Shown here: positions 7,510 through 16,946 of the stretch, one piece after another
Numbering within the stretch: position 1 is the stretch's first letter
Layout of the letters: each line of letters opens with the position of its first letter
Origin: an uncultured Clostridia bacterium
Lineage (GTDB): Bacteria > Bacillota > Clostridia > Christensenellales > CAG-314
Direction of reading: 5' to 3'
DNA length: 64,000 nt
Assembly: GCA_944364615.1 (NCBI GenBank)
Contig: CALVWF010000006.1
Span: 22,969 to 86,968, forward strand
The notes under the pieces: model-generated
Told to the model about the DNA's origin: nothing
Seen by the model: only the letters and a program-made list of their open reading frames with translations
Databases searched by the model: none
Made by a program: the position numbers and the translations under genes

Positions 7510-9885
7510 TTACATCTTGGAGTGTTCCGCAAACTTCTTGACGTTGGAAGCGTTTTCGTAAACGTCGTAGGTGTTGTCGTGAGCGACAATGAGTGTAGGA
7601 GTAAGTGAAACGCCGTACTTTACGGCAAGATCCTTGTGTTCTTCCGCAACGATGGGGACGAAATCGATGTGTCCTTTGTTGAGTACAAATTCAGCCATCT
7701 TGCAATTGGGACATTCTTTGCCTATAAACAGCAGATTTTTACCGCTGTTGACGTCCTTTTCTTCCGAAACGACCGGTTGTTCTTCCTGCTTGAACAGGCA
7801 CTTTTTCAACTTGCTTGTGCTGAGATCGTATTCCTTTCTTTCGTTCCATTCCTGAATCTTACCGTCGTTCCAGTTCTGTACGGGACGGTAGTATCCTGTG
7901 ATACGGCTGTAAACTTCCGTATTGCTTCCGCATTTGGGACAAGTATAGTGTTCACCGGAAATATAACCGTGTTCGCGGCATACCGAGTAGGTGGGGCTCA
8001 TTGTGTAATAAGGAAGACGGTAGTTTTCGGCAATTGTACGCACCAGTTTTTCGGCAGCCTTCCAGTCGGGAAGTCTTTCGCCTAAAAATGCGTGGAACAC
8101 CGTTCCGGATGTGTACAGTGTCTGCAGATTGTCCTGAATGTCCAAAGCGTCGAAGATGTCCGACGTGTATCCTACGGGCAGGTGAGAACTGTTGGTATAG
8201 TAGGGAGTTTCGCCCTTCTTGCTTGCCGTTATTATGTCGGGATAGCGTTCTACGTCGTGCTTTGCAAGACGGTAAGTCGTGCTTTCGGCAGGAGTTGCTT
8301 CCAGATTGTACAGATCGCCGTATTTTTCCTGATAATCGCTCAGTCTGCTGAGCATGTGACGCAAAACTTCCGCAGTGAACTTCTGCGTCTTTTCGTGCGT
8401 CATGTCCGCGTTGAGCCACTTGGCGTTAAGACCTACTTCGTTCATACCTATGATACCGATTGTCGAGAAGTGGTTCTTGAACGTTCCAAGGTAACGTTTG
8501 GTGTAGGGATACAATCCCGCATCCAGCAACTTCGTGATGATGGTACGTTTGATCTTAAGCGAACGCGCTGAAATGTCCATCATCTTGTCCAGACGTTGGT
8601 AAAACTCTTCTTCCGTCTTGGAAAGGTAAGCGATACGAGGCATATTGATAGTAACAACGCCTACTGAGCCTGTGCTTTCGCCGCTGCCGAAAAATCCGCC
8701 CGACTTTTTTCTGAGTTCGCGCAAGTCAAGGCGCAGACGGCAACACATACTGCGAATGTCGCTGGGCTTCATGTCGCTGTTGATGTAGTTGCTGAAATAA
8801 GGAGTTCCGTACTTGGCTGTCATTTCAAACAACAACTTGTTGTTTTCCGTTTCGCTCCAATCAAAATCCTTGGTGATGGAGTAAGTGGGAATAGGATACT
8901 GGAATCCGCGACCGTGAGCGTCACCTTCGATCATCGTTTCGATGAACGCCTTGTTGATCATGTCCATTTCCTTCTTGCAGTCCTTGTACTTGAAGTCCAT
9001 TTCCTTGCCGCCCACTATTGCATTGAGTTCGGCAAGGTCATCGGGTACTGTCCAGTCAAGCGTAATGTTGCTGAACGGCGCCTGTGTACCCCAACGGCTG
9101 GGAATGTTTACTCCGTATATAAAGGATTCAATACACTTCTTTACCTGATCGTAATTTAAATTGTCCGCCTTTACAAAGGGCGCAAGATAGGTGTCGAAAC
9201 TGCTGAATGCCTGTGCTCCCGCCCATTCGTTTTGCATTATTCCGAGGAAGTTGACCATCTGGTTGCACAACGTAGCAAGATGCTTTGCGGGCGCAGACGT
9301 AATCTTACCGGGAATACCGCCCAGACCTTCCTGAATAAGTTGCTTCAAAGACCAGCCCGCGCAGTAACCTGTCAGCATGGACAAGTCATGCAGGTGTATG
9401 TCCGCATTGCGGTGTGCGTTGGCAATTTCTTCGTCGTAAACTTCCGACAGCCAGTAGTTGGCGGTAATCGCTCCGCTGTTGGACAAAATAAGTCCGCCCA
9501 CCGAATAGGTGACTGTACTGTTTTCCTTTACACGCCAGTCGTTTACCTTCAGATAGTTGTCCACCACCTTTTTATAGTCCAGCAACGTGTCGTTGACGTT
9601 GCGGATCTTTTCGTGCTGTTTGCGGTACAGAATATATGCCTTGGCGACGTCTACGTAACCTGCCTGTATAAGTACCGTTTCCACGCTGTCCTGAATGTCT
9701 TCGACGGCAATTATTCCGTCCTTTACCTTGGAACTGAAATCGGCCGTCACTTTAAGGGCAAGCATGTCGATTATATCTTGATTGTAGGGCTGTTGCTGAG
9801 ATTCGAATGCACGGGTGATTGCATTGGATATTTTACTCAAATCGAATGAGGCTGTTTTTCCGTCACGTTTTTTTACATTAAACAT
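7510..9885 (-). CDS. nrdD: Class III anaerobic ribonucleoside-triphosphate reductase with ATP cone and C-terminal glutaredoxin-like (CPNC) domain
   Basis: VKKRDG ATP cone, SMCCRL, EATPAE, CxxH/CxxC zinc site, YSRITGY glycyl loop; tail KECPNCK...TPTL. Confidence 0.95.
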   Translation of the reverse strand: MFNVKKRDGKTASFDLSKISNAITRAFESQQQPYNQDIIDMLALKVTADFSSKVKDGIIAVEDIQDSVETVLIQAGYVDVAKAYILYRKQHEKIRNVNDTLLDYKKVVDNYLKVNDWRVKENSTVTYSVGGLILSNSGAITANYWLSEVYDEEIANAHRNADIHLHDLSMLTGYCAGWSLKQLIQEGLGGIPGKITSAPAKHLATLCNQMVNFLGIMQNEWAGAQAFSSFDTYLAPFVKADNLNYDQVKKCIESFIYGVNIPSRWGTQAPFSNITLDWTVPDDLAELNAIVGGKEMDFKYKDCKKEMDMINKAFIETMIEGDAHGRGFQYPIPTYSITKDFDWSETENNKLLFEMTAKYGTPYFSNYINSDMKPSDIRSMCCRLRLDLRELRKKSGGFFGSGESTGSVGVVTINMPRIAYLSKTEEEFYQRLDKMMDISARSLKIKRTIITKLLDAGLYPYTKRYLGTFKNHFSTIGIIGMNEVGLNAKWLNADMTHEKTQKFTAEVLRHMLSRLSDYQEKYGDLYNLEATPAESTTYRLAKHDVERYPDIITASKKGETPYYTNSSHLPVGYTSDIFDALDIQDNLQTLYTSGTVFHAFLGERLPDWKAAEKLVRTIAENYRLPYYTMSPTYSVCREHGYISGEHYTCPKCGSNTEVYSRITGYYRPVQNWNDGKIQEWNERKEYDLSTSKLKKCLFKQEEQPVVSEEKDVNSGKNLLFIGKECPNCKMAEFVLNKGHIDFVPIVAEEHKDLAVKYGVSLTPTLIVAHDNTYDVYENASNVKKFAEHSKM

Positions 9886-9928
9886 AATTCCCTTCTCCTT
9901 GTCATTTTCAGATGTCTTACGGACTGTC

Positions 9929-9957
9929 ATTATAATACACACTTCCCCTGCTGTCAA
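9929..9957 (-). promoter_or_regulatory. sigma-A promoter of nrdD
   Basis: TTGACA-17 bp-TATAAT, perfect consensus on the minus strand. Confidence 0.85.
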
Positions 9958-9965
9958 TACCTTGG

Positions 9966-10245
9966 ACACAATATGTTGTGTTTTATTTTTCATTTTTGCC
10001 ATTTTGACCACAACATATAGTATGCCATACATAATACACCGACAGACATAGTAACCCCCTTTCAGCACTCGAAAATAGCCGTATAGTGTCAACCGCCAAA
10101 GCGTTTTTTATCTTACCGTGCCTTAAAAACAGGCATTTTTACCGCTGAAATACGGTGTGTATTTATATGTAGAAAAATCGCGAAAACAGTTTCGTGCAAC
10201 TGCACCAATCGCCGTGCTAACGGGGTGCGACACAAGATATAGTGT
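9966..10245. promoter_or_regulatory. NrdR boxes
   Basis: ACACAATATGTTGTGT (9966-9981), CCACAACATATAGTAT (10008-10023), ACACAAGATATAGTGT (10230-10245) match acaCwAtATaTwGtgt upstream of nrdD. Confidence 0.8.
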
Positions 10246-10444
10246 CTGCGGTAAAAAACGCAGGCGGGTGAAAAAGCGTGAATAAAATTAAGAATACAAC
10301 GTTAGCGGAAACCGCCAAAATAAAAAAACTGCTTCCGTTTTGTTTGCACAGGAAACAAAAGCACGTACTTCTAACTGTTTTTCCGCGCTTTGGGCAAACC
10401 TTCAAAGGGCAAAAAAAACCGCTGTCTGAACAGCGGTCTGTAAT

Positions 10445-11131
10445 TTATTCTATTCCGCGGACAAATGTCGGAAGATACTTTTGCGCCGTTGCACAAAATC
10501 TGTGAAGAACATCTTCTTCCCATGCGGACATTCCCTGACCGATCAGGTCTCCGCTGTCCACAAACTGCTGAAGATACCACACTTTCGCTCCCGAAAGCCA
10601 CTTGGCAATACTTTCGATGTCCTCTTCGTCGTGAAGTTGGCGCACCACTGTGGTGCGAAACTCGTAATCCGTCTTGCCGCATTTGAGCAACTCGACAGAC
10701 TTTAAAATATTGCGCATGTTTACTTCCCTTCCGCAAGTAAGGTTGTACTTGTCTGCACTGTTCTTGATGTCCATCGCAACGTAGTCTGCCAGTCCGTCCT
10801 TTATAATACTTTCGAGCAGTTCGGGGAAAGTTCCGTTGGTGTCGAGTTTTACGGAAAACCCCATTTGCTTTACTTTATACAGAAACTCCGCCACGTCGCT
10901 GTTGAGCAGCGGTTCGCCTCCCGTAAGGCACATTCCCTCCAACTTGTTTTTGCGCGTGGCAAGAAAATCCAGTACTTCCTCCGAAGTAATATACTGTCCG
11001 TCAATGTGCGTTACCAGTCCTGCGTTGTGACAGAACGGACAACGAAGGTTGCACCCCGACGTAAACACGGTGCATGCCATCTTGCCGGGATAATCCAATA
11101 ATGTAAGTTTTTGCAGTCCGCCTATTTTCAC
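10445..11131 (-). CDS. nrdG: Anaerobic RNR activating enzyme (radical SAM)
   Basis: CNLRCPFCHN, TGGEP, DTNG, YEFRTT; adjacent to nrdD. Confidence 0.92.
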   Translation of the reverse strand: MKIGGLQKLTLLDYPGKMACTVFTSGCNLRCPFCHNAGLVTHIDGQYITSEEVLDFLATRKNKLEGMCLTGGEPLLNSDVAEFLYKVKQMGFSVKLDTNGTFPELLESIIKDGLADYVAMDIKNSADKYNLTCGREVNMRNILKSVELLKCGKTDYEFRTTVVRQLHDEEDIESIAKWLSGAKVWYLQQFVDSGDLIGQGMSAWEEDVLHRFCATAQKYLPTFVRGIE

Positions 11132-11211
11132 TTGTTTTTCTCCTGCGGAAAATTTTTACTTTTTAATACGTAATTGCTACAAAACAACCGTCAGTCGGCA
11201 CCTTTCGGGCG

Positions 11212-12132
11212 TCACTGTGCGATTGCGGCAAGTTCCTTTGCTATGTCCGACGCAAGGCGTGCGTTGTTGTACACCAACTGTATGTTGGAAGCAAGGCTTT
11301 GTCCGAAAGTCAGTTTCTGAATCTTGTCCAACAGATAAGGAGTGGTTTCCTTTCCGTGAATTCCCAGTTTTTCCGCCTCTTTTACCGCCTCTTCTATATT
11401 GCCGTTGATGTAATCGCTGTCCATTGCGTATTCGTCGGGAATAGGGTTGGCAACAAGCATTCCCCCTTTGAGTCCCAACTGTTCTTTACAGTAAAAGGCG
11501 CGCGCTATTTCTGCGGGGGTGTCCAGACGGTAATCCACCTTGAATCCGCTCTTTTGAGTATAAAAGGCGGGCATGTCCTGCGTGCCGTAACCAACAACGG
11601 CGACTCCTCGTGTTTCCAGACATTCCAACGTCAGACCGATGTCCAGAATTGACTTAGCGCCTGCGCACACCACCATTACCGACGTCTGCGCCAGTTCGTC
11701 AAGATCGGCGGAAATGTCCATTGTTTTTTCCGCTCCGCGATGTACTCCGCCTATACCGCCCGTTGCAAACACCTTGATTCCGGCAAGAGAAGCGATGTAC
11801 ATTGTGGACGCAACGGTAGTTGCCCCGTCTGTCTTTTTAGCAACAATAAACGGAATGTCGCGACGGGAAACTTTTATTACGTCATGTCCTTTTTTGCCAA
11901 GATAATCTATTTCTTCCGCAGTACAGCCTACCGTCAGCATACCGTTGATAATGGCGATTGTTGCGGGAATCGCTCCCTTTTCACGCACTATTTTTTCAAC
12001 GGTCAAAGCCGTTTCCACGTTTTGCGGATAGGGCATTCCGTGAGATATAATGGTAGATTCCAACGCCACTACCGGTTTACCCGATGCAAGAGCCTGTCTG
12101 ACTTCTTCGGAAATCTTTAAAAACCGTTTCAT
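11212..12132 (-). CDS. psuG: Pseudouridine-5'-phosphate glycosidase
   Basis: VALESTIISHGMPYP, TGGIGGVHRG, DISADL, GAKSILD motifs. Confidence 0.93.
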   Translation of the reverse strand: MKRFLKISEEVRQALASGKPVVALESTIISHGMPYPQNVETALTVEKIVREKGAIPATIAIINGMLTVGCTAEEIDYLGKKGHDVIKVSRRDIPFIVAKKTDGATTVASTMYIASLAGIKVFATGGIGGVHRGAEKTMDISADLDELAQTSVMVVCAGAKSILDIGLTLECLETRGVAVVGYGTQDMPAFYTQKSGFKVDYRLDTPAEIARAFYCKEQLGLKGGMLVANPIPDEYAMDSDYINGNIEEAVKEAEKLGIHGKETTPYLLDKIQKLTFGQSLASNIQLVYNNARLASDIAKELAAIAQ

Positions 12133-12602
12133 TTTAATCTCCTTTTAATTTGGTAGTCGTTACTGTGCGTTTCCGCCCCCACTGCAGGTTGTTCCGCCCT
12201 GCAGGCAATCGCCGAATGTTTTGCACAACATTATATTTTAAAACACTCTGCCCCGCTTGTCAACACGGGTAAAAGTATTTTCCCGCAAACTGACCTTCGT
12301 TTGTACAATTAAACGTACTTACAGTTACTCACATTCAAGCAGTTTTTTTTACGCCGTAAAAATTTCCGCCGTTTCCGCTGAAACATCGGCAACAATGTCC
12401 GATTGGCAGGCAATGCACTGTATGACTGTATATAATTTGCAAAGCATTGCACAAAAAAGTAAAGTCATTGTAAAGAAAACATTTGCAAATATTGATTGAA
12501 CAGGGTATAATAGTTACAATGAGTAATTTGTGGATTTTTTTTAAACAGACGGAAAACCGCAGACGAAAATTAACCAATCAGTGTTTCCGAGGAGGAAAGA
12601 TA

Positions 12603-14018
12603 ATGAGAAAAACCAAAATTGTTTGTACTCTCGGCCCTGCCAGTACTACTTACGAACAGATAAAGGCAATGGCTCTTGCCGGAATGAACGTTGCAAGAAT
12701 CAACATGAGCCACGGTTCGTACGAAGAACATCAGGTAAAGGTGGACAACGTCAAAAAAATCCGTGAGGAATTGGGAATTCCTCTGCCCATAATGGTCGAC
12801 CTCAAAGGACCGGAAGTTCGTATAGGAACATTCGAAGAAGGAAAAATAGATGTAGTTGAAGGTATGCCGTTGACATTTACCGACGAAGATATCATAGGTA
12901 ACGAAAAGCGCGTATCAATTACTTACAAAGAACTGTACAAAGACGTAAAGGTGGGCGACACCCTGTTGCTCAACGACGGTCTGCTGATATTCCGTATCAC
13001 CGAAATCAAGGGCACCGACATATGCGCAGTGGCATTGAATTCGGGCGTACTGTCTAACCGCAAGGGACTGTTTGTTCCCAACGTCAAACTCAACATGCCT
13101 TTTCTGTCGGAGACGGACAAGAAAGACCTTGACTTCGCGGTAAAGATCAACGCCGAAATGATTGCGGCAAGTTTCGTGCAGGACGCACAGTGCATGATAG
13201 ACATCCGCAACTATCTTAAAAGCAAAAACGCCAATCCGATGGCTCTTATCGCCAAGATAGAAAGTCAGCAAGGCGTAAACAATATAGACGAGATAATCAA
13301 ACAATCCGAAGGCGTAATGGTCGCAAGAGGCGACCTGGGCGTGGAATTGCCCTACGAAAAACTGCCTGCCGTTCAAAAACTGCTCATTACCAAGAGCCGT
13401 ATGCAAGGCAAATTCGTAATAACCGCAACGGAAATGCTGGAAAGCATGATCACAAAACTGCGTCCCACACGTGCCGAAATCGTGGACGTGGCAAACGCCG
13501 TTTACGACGGAAGCAGTTGCGTAATGCTGTCCGCCGAAAGCGCGGTGGGCATCAATCCTCCCAACACAATTGCAACGATGGGACGTATAGCCGAAGAAGC
13601 GGAAAGCAACATCGAGTACTACGAAATGTATTCGTCGTCCCCCTTCACACTGCTTGACACCAACGACGCAATAAGCCACGCAACGGTAAACACCTCCTTC
13701 GACATAAATGCAAAGGCAATAGTAGTTTACACCGCAAGCGGAACGTCGGCAAGAATGATAAGCCGTTTCCGCCCCTCCGCTCCCATAATCGCGTTTACAA
13801 GCGACGACAGAGTGTTCCATCAACTGTCTGTAAGTTGGGGAGTCATTCCGCGCATATGCCGTGTATTCAGCGCAACCGACGATATGTTCCGTCATGCGGA
13901 AAAGGTGGCAAAGAAACTGGGAATTGCAGCACCCGGAGACAACATCGTCATTACAGCAGGCGTACCTCTTGGCAAAAACGTAGGTACAAACCTCATTAAA
14001 GTGCAAACCGTCGAATAG
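12603..14018 (+). CDS. pyk: Pyruvate kinase
   Basis: MRKTKIVCTLGPA, IAKIE, MVARGDLG, PTRAE; GGAGG RBS. Confidence 0.97.
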   Translation: MRKTKIVCTLGPASTTYEQIKAMALAGMNVARINMSHGSYEEHQVKVDNVKKIREELGIPLPIMVDLKGPEVRIGTFEEGKIDVVEGMPLTFTDEDIIGNEKRVSITYKELYKDVKVGDTLLLNDGLLIFRITEIKGTDICAVALNSGVLSNRKGLFVPNVKLNMPFLSETDKKDLDFAVKINAEMIAASFVQDAQCMIDIRNYLKSKNANPMALIAKIESQQGVNNIDEIIKQSEGVMVARGDLGVELPYEKLPAVQKLLITKSRMQGKFVITATEMLESMITKLRPTRAEIVDVANAVYDGSSCVMLSAESAVGINPPNTIATMGRIAEEAESNIEYYEMYSSSPFTLLDTNDAISHATVNTSFDINAKAIVVYTASGTSARMISRFRPSAPIIAFTSDDRVFHQLSVSWGVIPRICRVFSATDDMFRHAEKVAKKLGIAAPGDNIVITAGVPLGKNVGTNLIKVQTVE

Positions 14019-14208
14019 TTAAATACTGTTCGTACGATACCCAATTACCCTTTTATTACAATGGAAGAGGACGGCGTTGCCGTCCTTTTTCATTGTTTGT
14101 TGCCTAACCTGCGCAACGACGTTGTACAATAAAATGCGAAGCGTCTGAGACGTTTCGCATTTTTGAGTTTGTGACGTTTATTGAATTGTTACGCAATAGG
14201 ACACGATT

Positions 14209-15699
14209 TCAGCGGTTGTAATAAACACGCTTGACAGAGTACACGGGTTCGCTTGTGGCCTGAATTCCCAACTTGCGGAATATCTTTTCGTCCACGTGAG
14301 GAGAAATGACCGTTGAATGCAACTGACATCCTGCAAGGTTGGGGAGTTGTTCCAACGCCTTTTCGGCAAGTTGATGTTCCGCGGCAGAAACAGACAAAGC
14401 GATAAGCACTTCGTCGGTATGCAACTGAGCGGTAAAGTCTCCCAGGCTTTCCGTCTTCAACTTCTGTATAGGTTCGATGGCGTTGGGAGCAATCAGTTTA
14501 ACATGATCGGGAATACCCGCAAGTACTTTAAGCGCGTTGAGCAACAGAGCAGACGCACAGCCCATAAGGTCGGATGTCTTACCGTAAACTATCGTGCCGT
14601 CGTTGAGTTCCATTGCGGCAGCGGGCACACCGTGTTTGATACTGTGATGCAACGCTTCCACCGCCACCTTTCTGTCCGTGCTTTTAATGCCCAGTTTGCT
14701 CATTATTATGGTAATTTTTTCCAGTTCGTTAGCGTTGTCCGCTCCTTTGCGTTGGGCGACCAAAGCATTGTAGTAACGGCGGATTATTTCCTGACGGCTG
14801 GCTTCGCAGCACGCCTCGTCGTCGCTTATGCAAAATCCCGCCATATTTACGCCCATGTCGGTGGGGGACTTGTAGGGGGACTGTCCCAGCAACTTTTCGA
14901 ACAGGCTGTTGAGCACGGGGAAAACCTCTATATCCCTATTGTAATTGACTGCCGAACTGTTGTACGCCTGCAAATGCCACGGGTCTATCATATTGACGTC
15001 GTTGAGGTCGGCGGTCGCCGCCTCGTAGGCAATATTGACGGGGTGATTTAAAGGAAGATTCCAAACGGGAAATGTTTCGTACTTGGCATAACCCGCTTTT
15101 ACTCCGCGTTTTCCTTCGTGATACAACTGAGAAAGACAGGTTGCCATTTTACCGCTTCCCGGTCCGGGAGCGGTAACCACCACAAGTTCGCGTGATGTTT
15201 CGATATAATCGTTTTTACCCAATCCTTCTTCGCTTACGACGTGCGCAACGTTATAAGGATATCCCTCAATCGTATAGTGGTGATAAACTTTTATGCCGTT
15301 CTTTTCCAGTTTTTTCTGAAAAGCCACTGCCGCCGTATTGCTTGCGGTAAACTGCGAGATGACAACGCTGCCGACGTAAAGCCCCTTTTGCGTGAGGATG
15401 TCCACCAGTCTGAAACAGTCTTCGTCGTAGGTGATGCCGATGTCGGAACGCAACTTGTTTTTCGCAATGTCCACTGCGTTGATGACTATAATAACTTCCA
15501 CCTTGTCCTTCATGGTGGTGAGCATTCGTATCTTGCTGTCAGGTTGAAAACCCGGCAAAACTCTTGAAGCGTGGTAGTCGTCAAACAGTTTTCCGCCGAA
15601 TTCCAGATAAAGTTTTCCGCCGAATTCCGAAATGCGTTCCTTGATTTTTTCCGACTGCAAAGACAGATACTTGTCGTTGTCAAATCCCTTAGTTGTCAT
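14209..15699 (-). CDS. DUF1846 (UPF0371) family protein
   Basis: LYLEFGGKLFDDYHASRVLPGF, TAPGPGSGKMATC, YAKYETFP. Confidence 0.9.
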   Translation of the reverse strand: MTTKGFDNDKYLSLQSEKIKERISEFGGKLYLEFGGKLFDDYHASRVLPGFQPDSKIRMLTTMKDKVEVIIVINAVDIAKNKLRSDIGITYDEDCFRLVDILTQKGLYVGSVVISQFTASNTAAVAFQKKLEKNGIKVYHHYTIEGYPYNVAHVVSEEGLGKNDYIETSRELVVVTAPGPGSGKMATCLSQLYHEGKRGVKAGYAKYETFPVWNLPLNHPVNIAYEAATADLNDVNMIDPWHLQAYNSSAVNYNRDIEVFPVLNSLFEKLLGQSPYKSPTDMGVNMAGFCISDDEACCEASRQEIIRRYYNALVAQRKGADNANELEKITIIMSKLGIKSTDRKVAVEALHHSIKHGVPAAAMELNDGTIVYGKTSDLMGCASALLLNALKVLAGIPDHVKLIAPNAIEPIQKLKTESLGDFTAQLHTDEVLIALSVSAAEHQLAEKALEQLPNLAGCQLHSTVISPHVDEKIFRKLGIQATSEPVYSVKRVYYNR

Positions 15700-15726
15700 A
15701 AATTCCCCCCTTTGTGTGCGTACGGA

Positions 15727-16470
15727 CTATTTGGCGCCGTCCACTCCGTACTTGTGATCGTAGTAAAAATCCAGCATATACTGTGCGTCGGGAAGTCCCG
15801 AACGCAACATTTCGTTAAAATATCTGCGCCTGTCGTAAGGCTTCGACACACGTCTGTATTCCCAGCCGTCATGTGTGACGGTAAGTATTATTCCCTTCGC
15901 AACGCTGTCGGGGTGACATGCCACCGATCCGACGTCCACGTAAGTGCTGTTTCCCACAATGTCGCACGGTTCGTGCTTGTGCCCGAAAAACACCGCGTCT
16001 GCGCTGTAACCGAACATATTGTCAAAAGATTGCGCAGTAGGGTAACTGTCTATTTTGCCGAATATCCAGCCCTTTGCCGTAAAATTGTCATTTGCCGCGG
16101 CATAATGAGTAAACACAAACGTTTTGCCGTACCAACTGCGCACTACCGCAACGGGAAATCTGCCGACAGCCTCTCTGTAAGTCTCTCCCAAACCGTCAAA
16201 CACAAACGACTTGTGCTCCGCCGAAACATGAGACATTGGCAAATGATGACGACGGTTTATAAGATAATCATAATCGTGATTGCCCAAAAGAAGTGTACAG
16301 TCGGGCAGAGAAAGCAGCAGATCAAGGCACTGCCTGCTCTGAAATCCGATGTCCACAATGTCGCCCGTGTGAATGATCTCCCTGACGCCTTCCTCTTCAA
16401 ACAGTTTCAGTATTGCCTCTAATGCCATGTAGTTTCCGTGGCAGTCGGTAATTATTCCGATTTTTTTCAA
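15727..16470 (-). CDS. Calcineurin-like metallophosphoesterase
   Basis: DCHGN, GDIVD, GNHD, GHKH motifs; TTG start after GGAGG. Confidence 0.9.
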   Translation of the reverse strand: MKKIGIITDCHGNYMALEAILKLFEEEGVREIIHTGDIVDIGFQSRQCLDLLLSLPDCTLLLGNHDYDYLINRRHHLPMSHVSAEHKSFVFDGLGETYREAVGRFPVAVVRSWYGKTFVFTHYAAANDNFTAKGWIFGKIDSYPTAQSFDNMFGYSADAVFFGHKHEPCDIVGNSTYVDVGSVACHPDSVAKGIILTVTHDGWEYRRVSKPYDRRRYFNEMLRSGLPDAQYMLDFYYDHKYGVDGAK

Positions 16471-16624
16471 TTTGCCTCCCCAAACAGGTATCGTCCGCAA
16501 ATTTTCTGTCGGACAACACTTAATTATTATACAATTTCATTTGCCTGTTGGCAAGAATTTAAACAAAATACGGCAAGCATTACCGCAAAAGGTTTGATGT
16601 CCGATTCGGTTGCTGAAATCGGAG

Positions 16625-16770
16625 TTATCCACATTGTTACCGTTTCAGGACAGAAAAAACAGCCTGTTTACAGGTACGATTGTATGTATTTTCACAAAAT
16701 TCGTCCACTTATGCACATATTTACCCACATTTCCACATTGCATTGTGCATAACTTGTATTTTTATACACT
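16625..16770. promoter_or_regulatory. DnaA-box cluster
   Basis: TTATCCACA 16625, TTATGCACA 16709, TTACCCACA 16721, ATTTCCACA 16729, TGTGCATAA 16744 (reverse), TTATACACT 16762. Confidence 0.7.
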
Positions 16771-16946
16771 TGCCGTTTTGGAGTGCGTTACCATTTATTA
16801 TAATGTAAAGGTAATGTGCTATTGCACTGTCGGGCTGTCAGGTCGGGCATTGCACTCTTTTTCAAAGTCTTTGCGATGTCGGTATTGAAATTAAATCTCG
16901 TTGTGGTATAATTTAAATACACTACCAGTTTTTCGGAGGCTATTGG

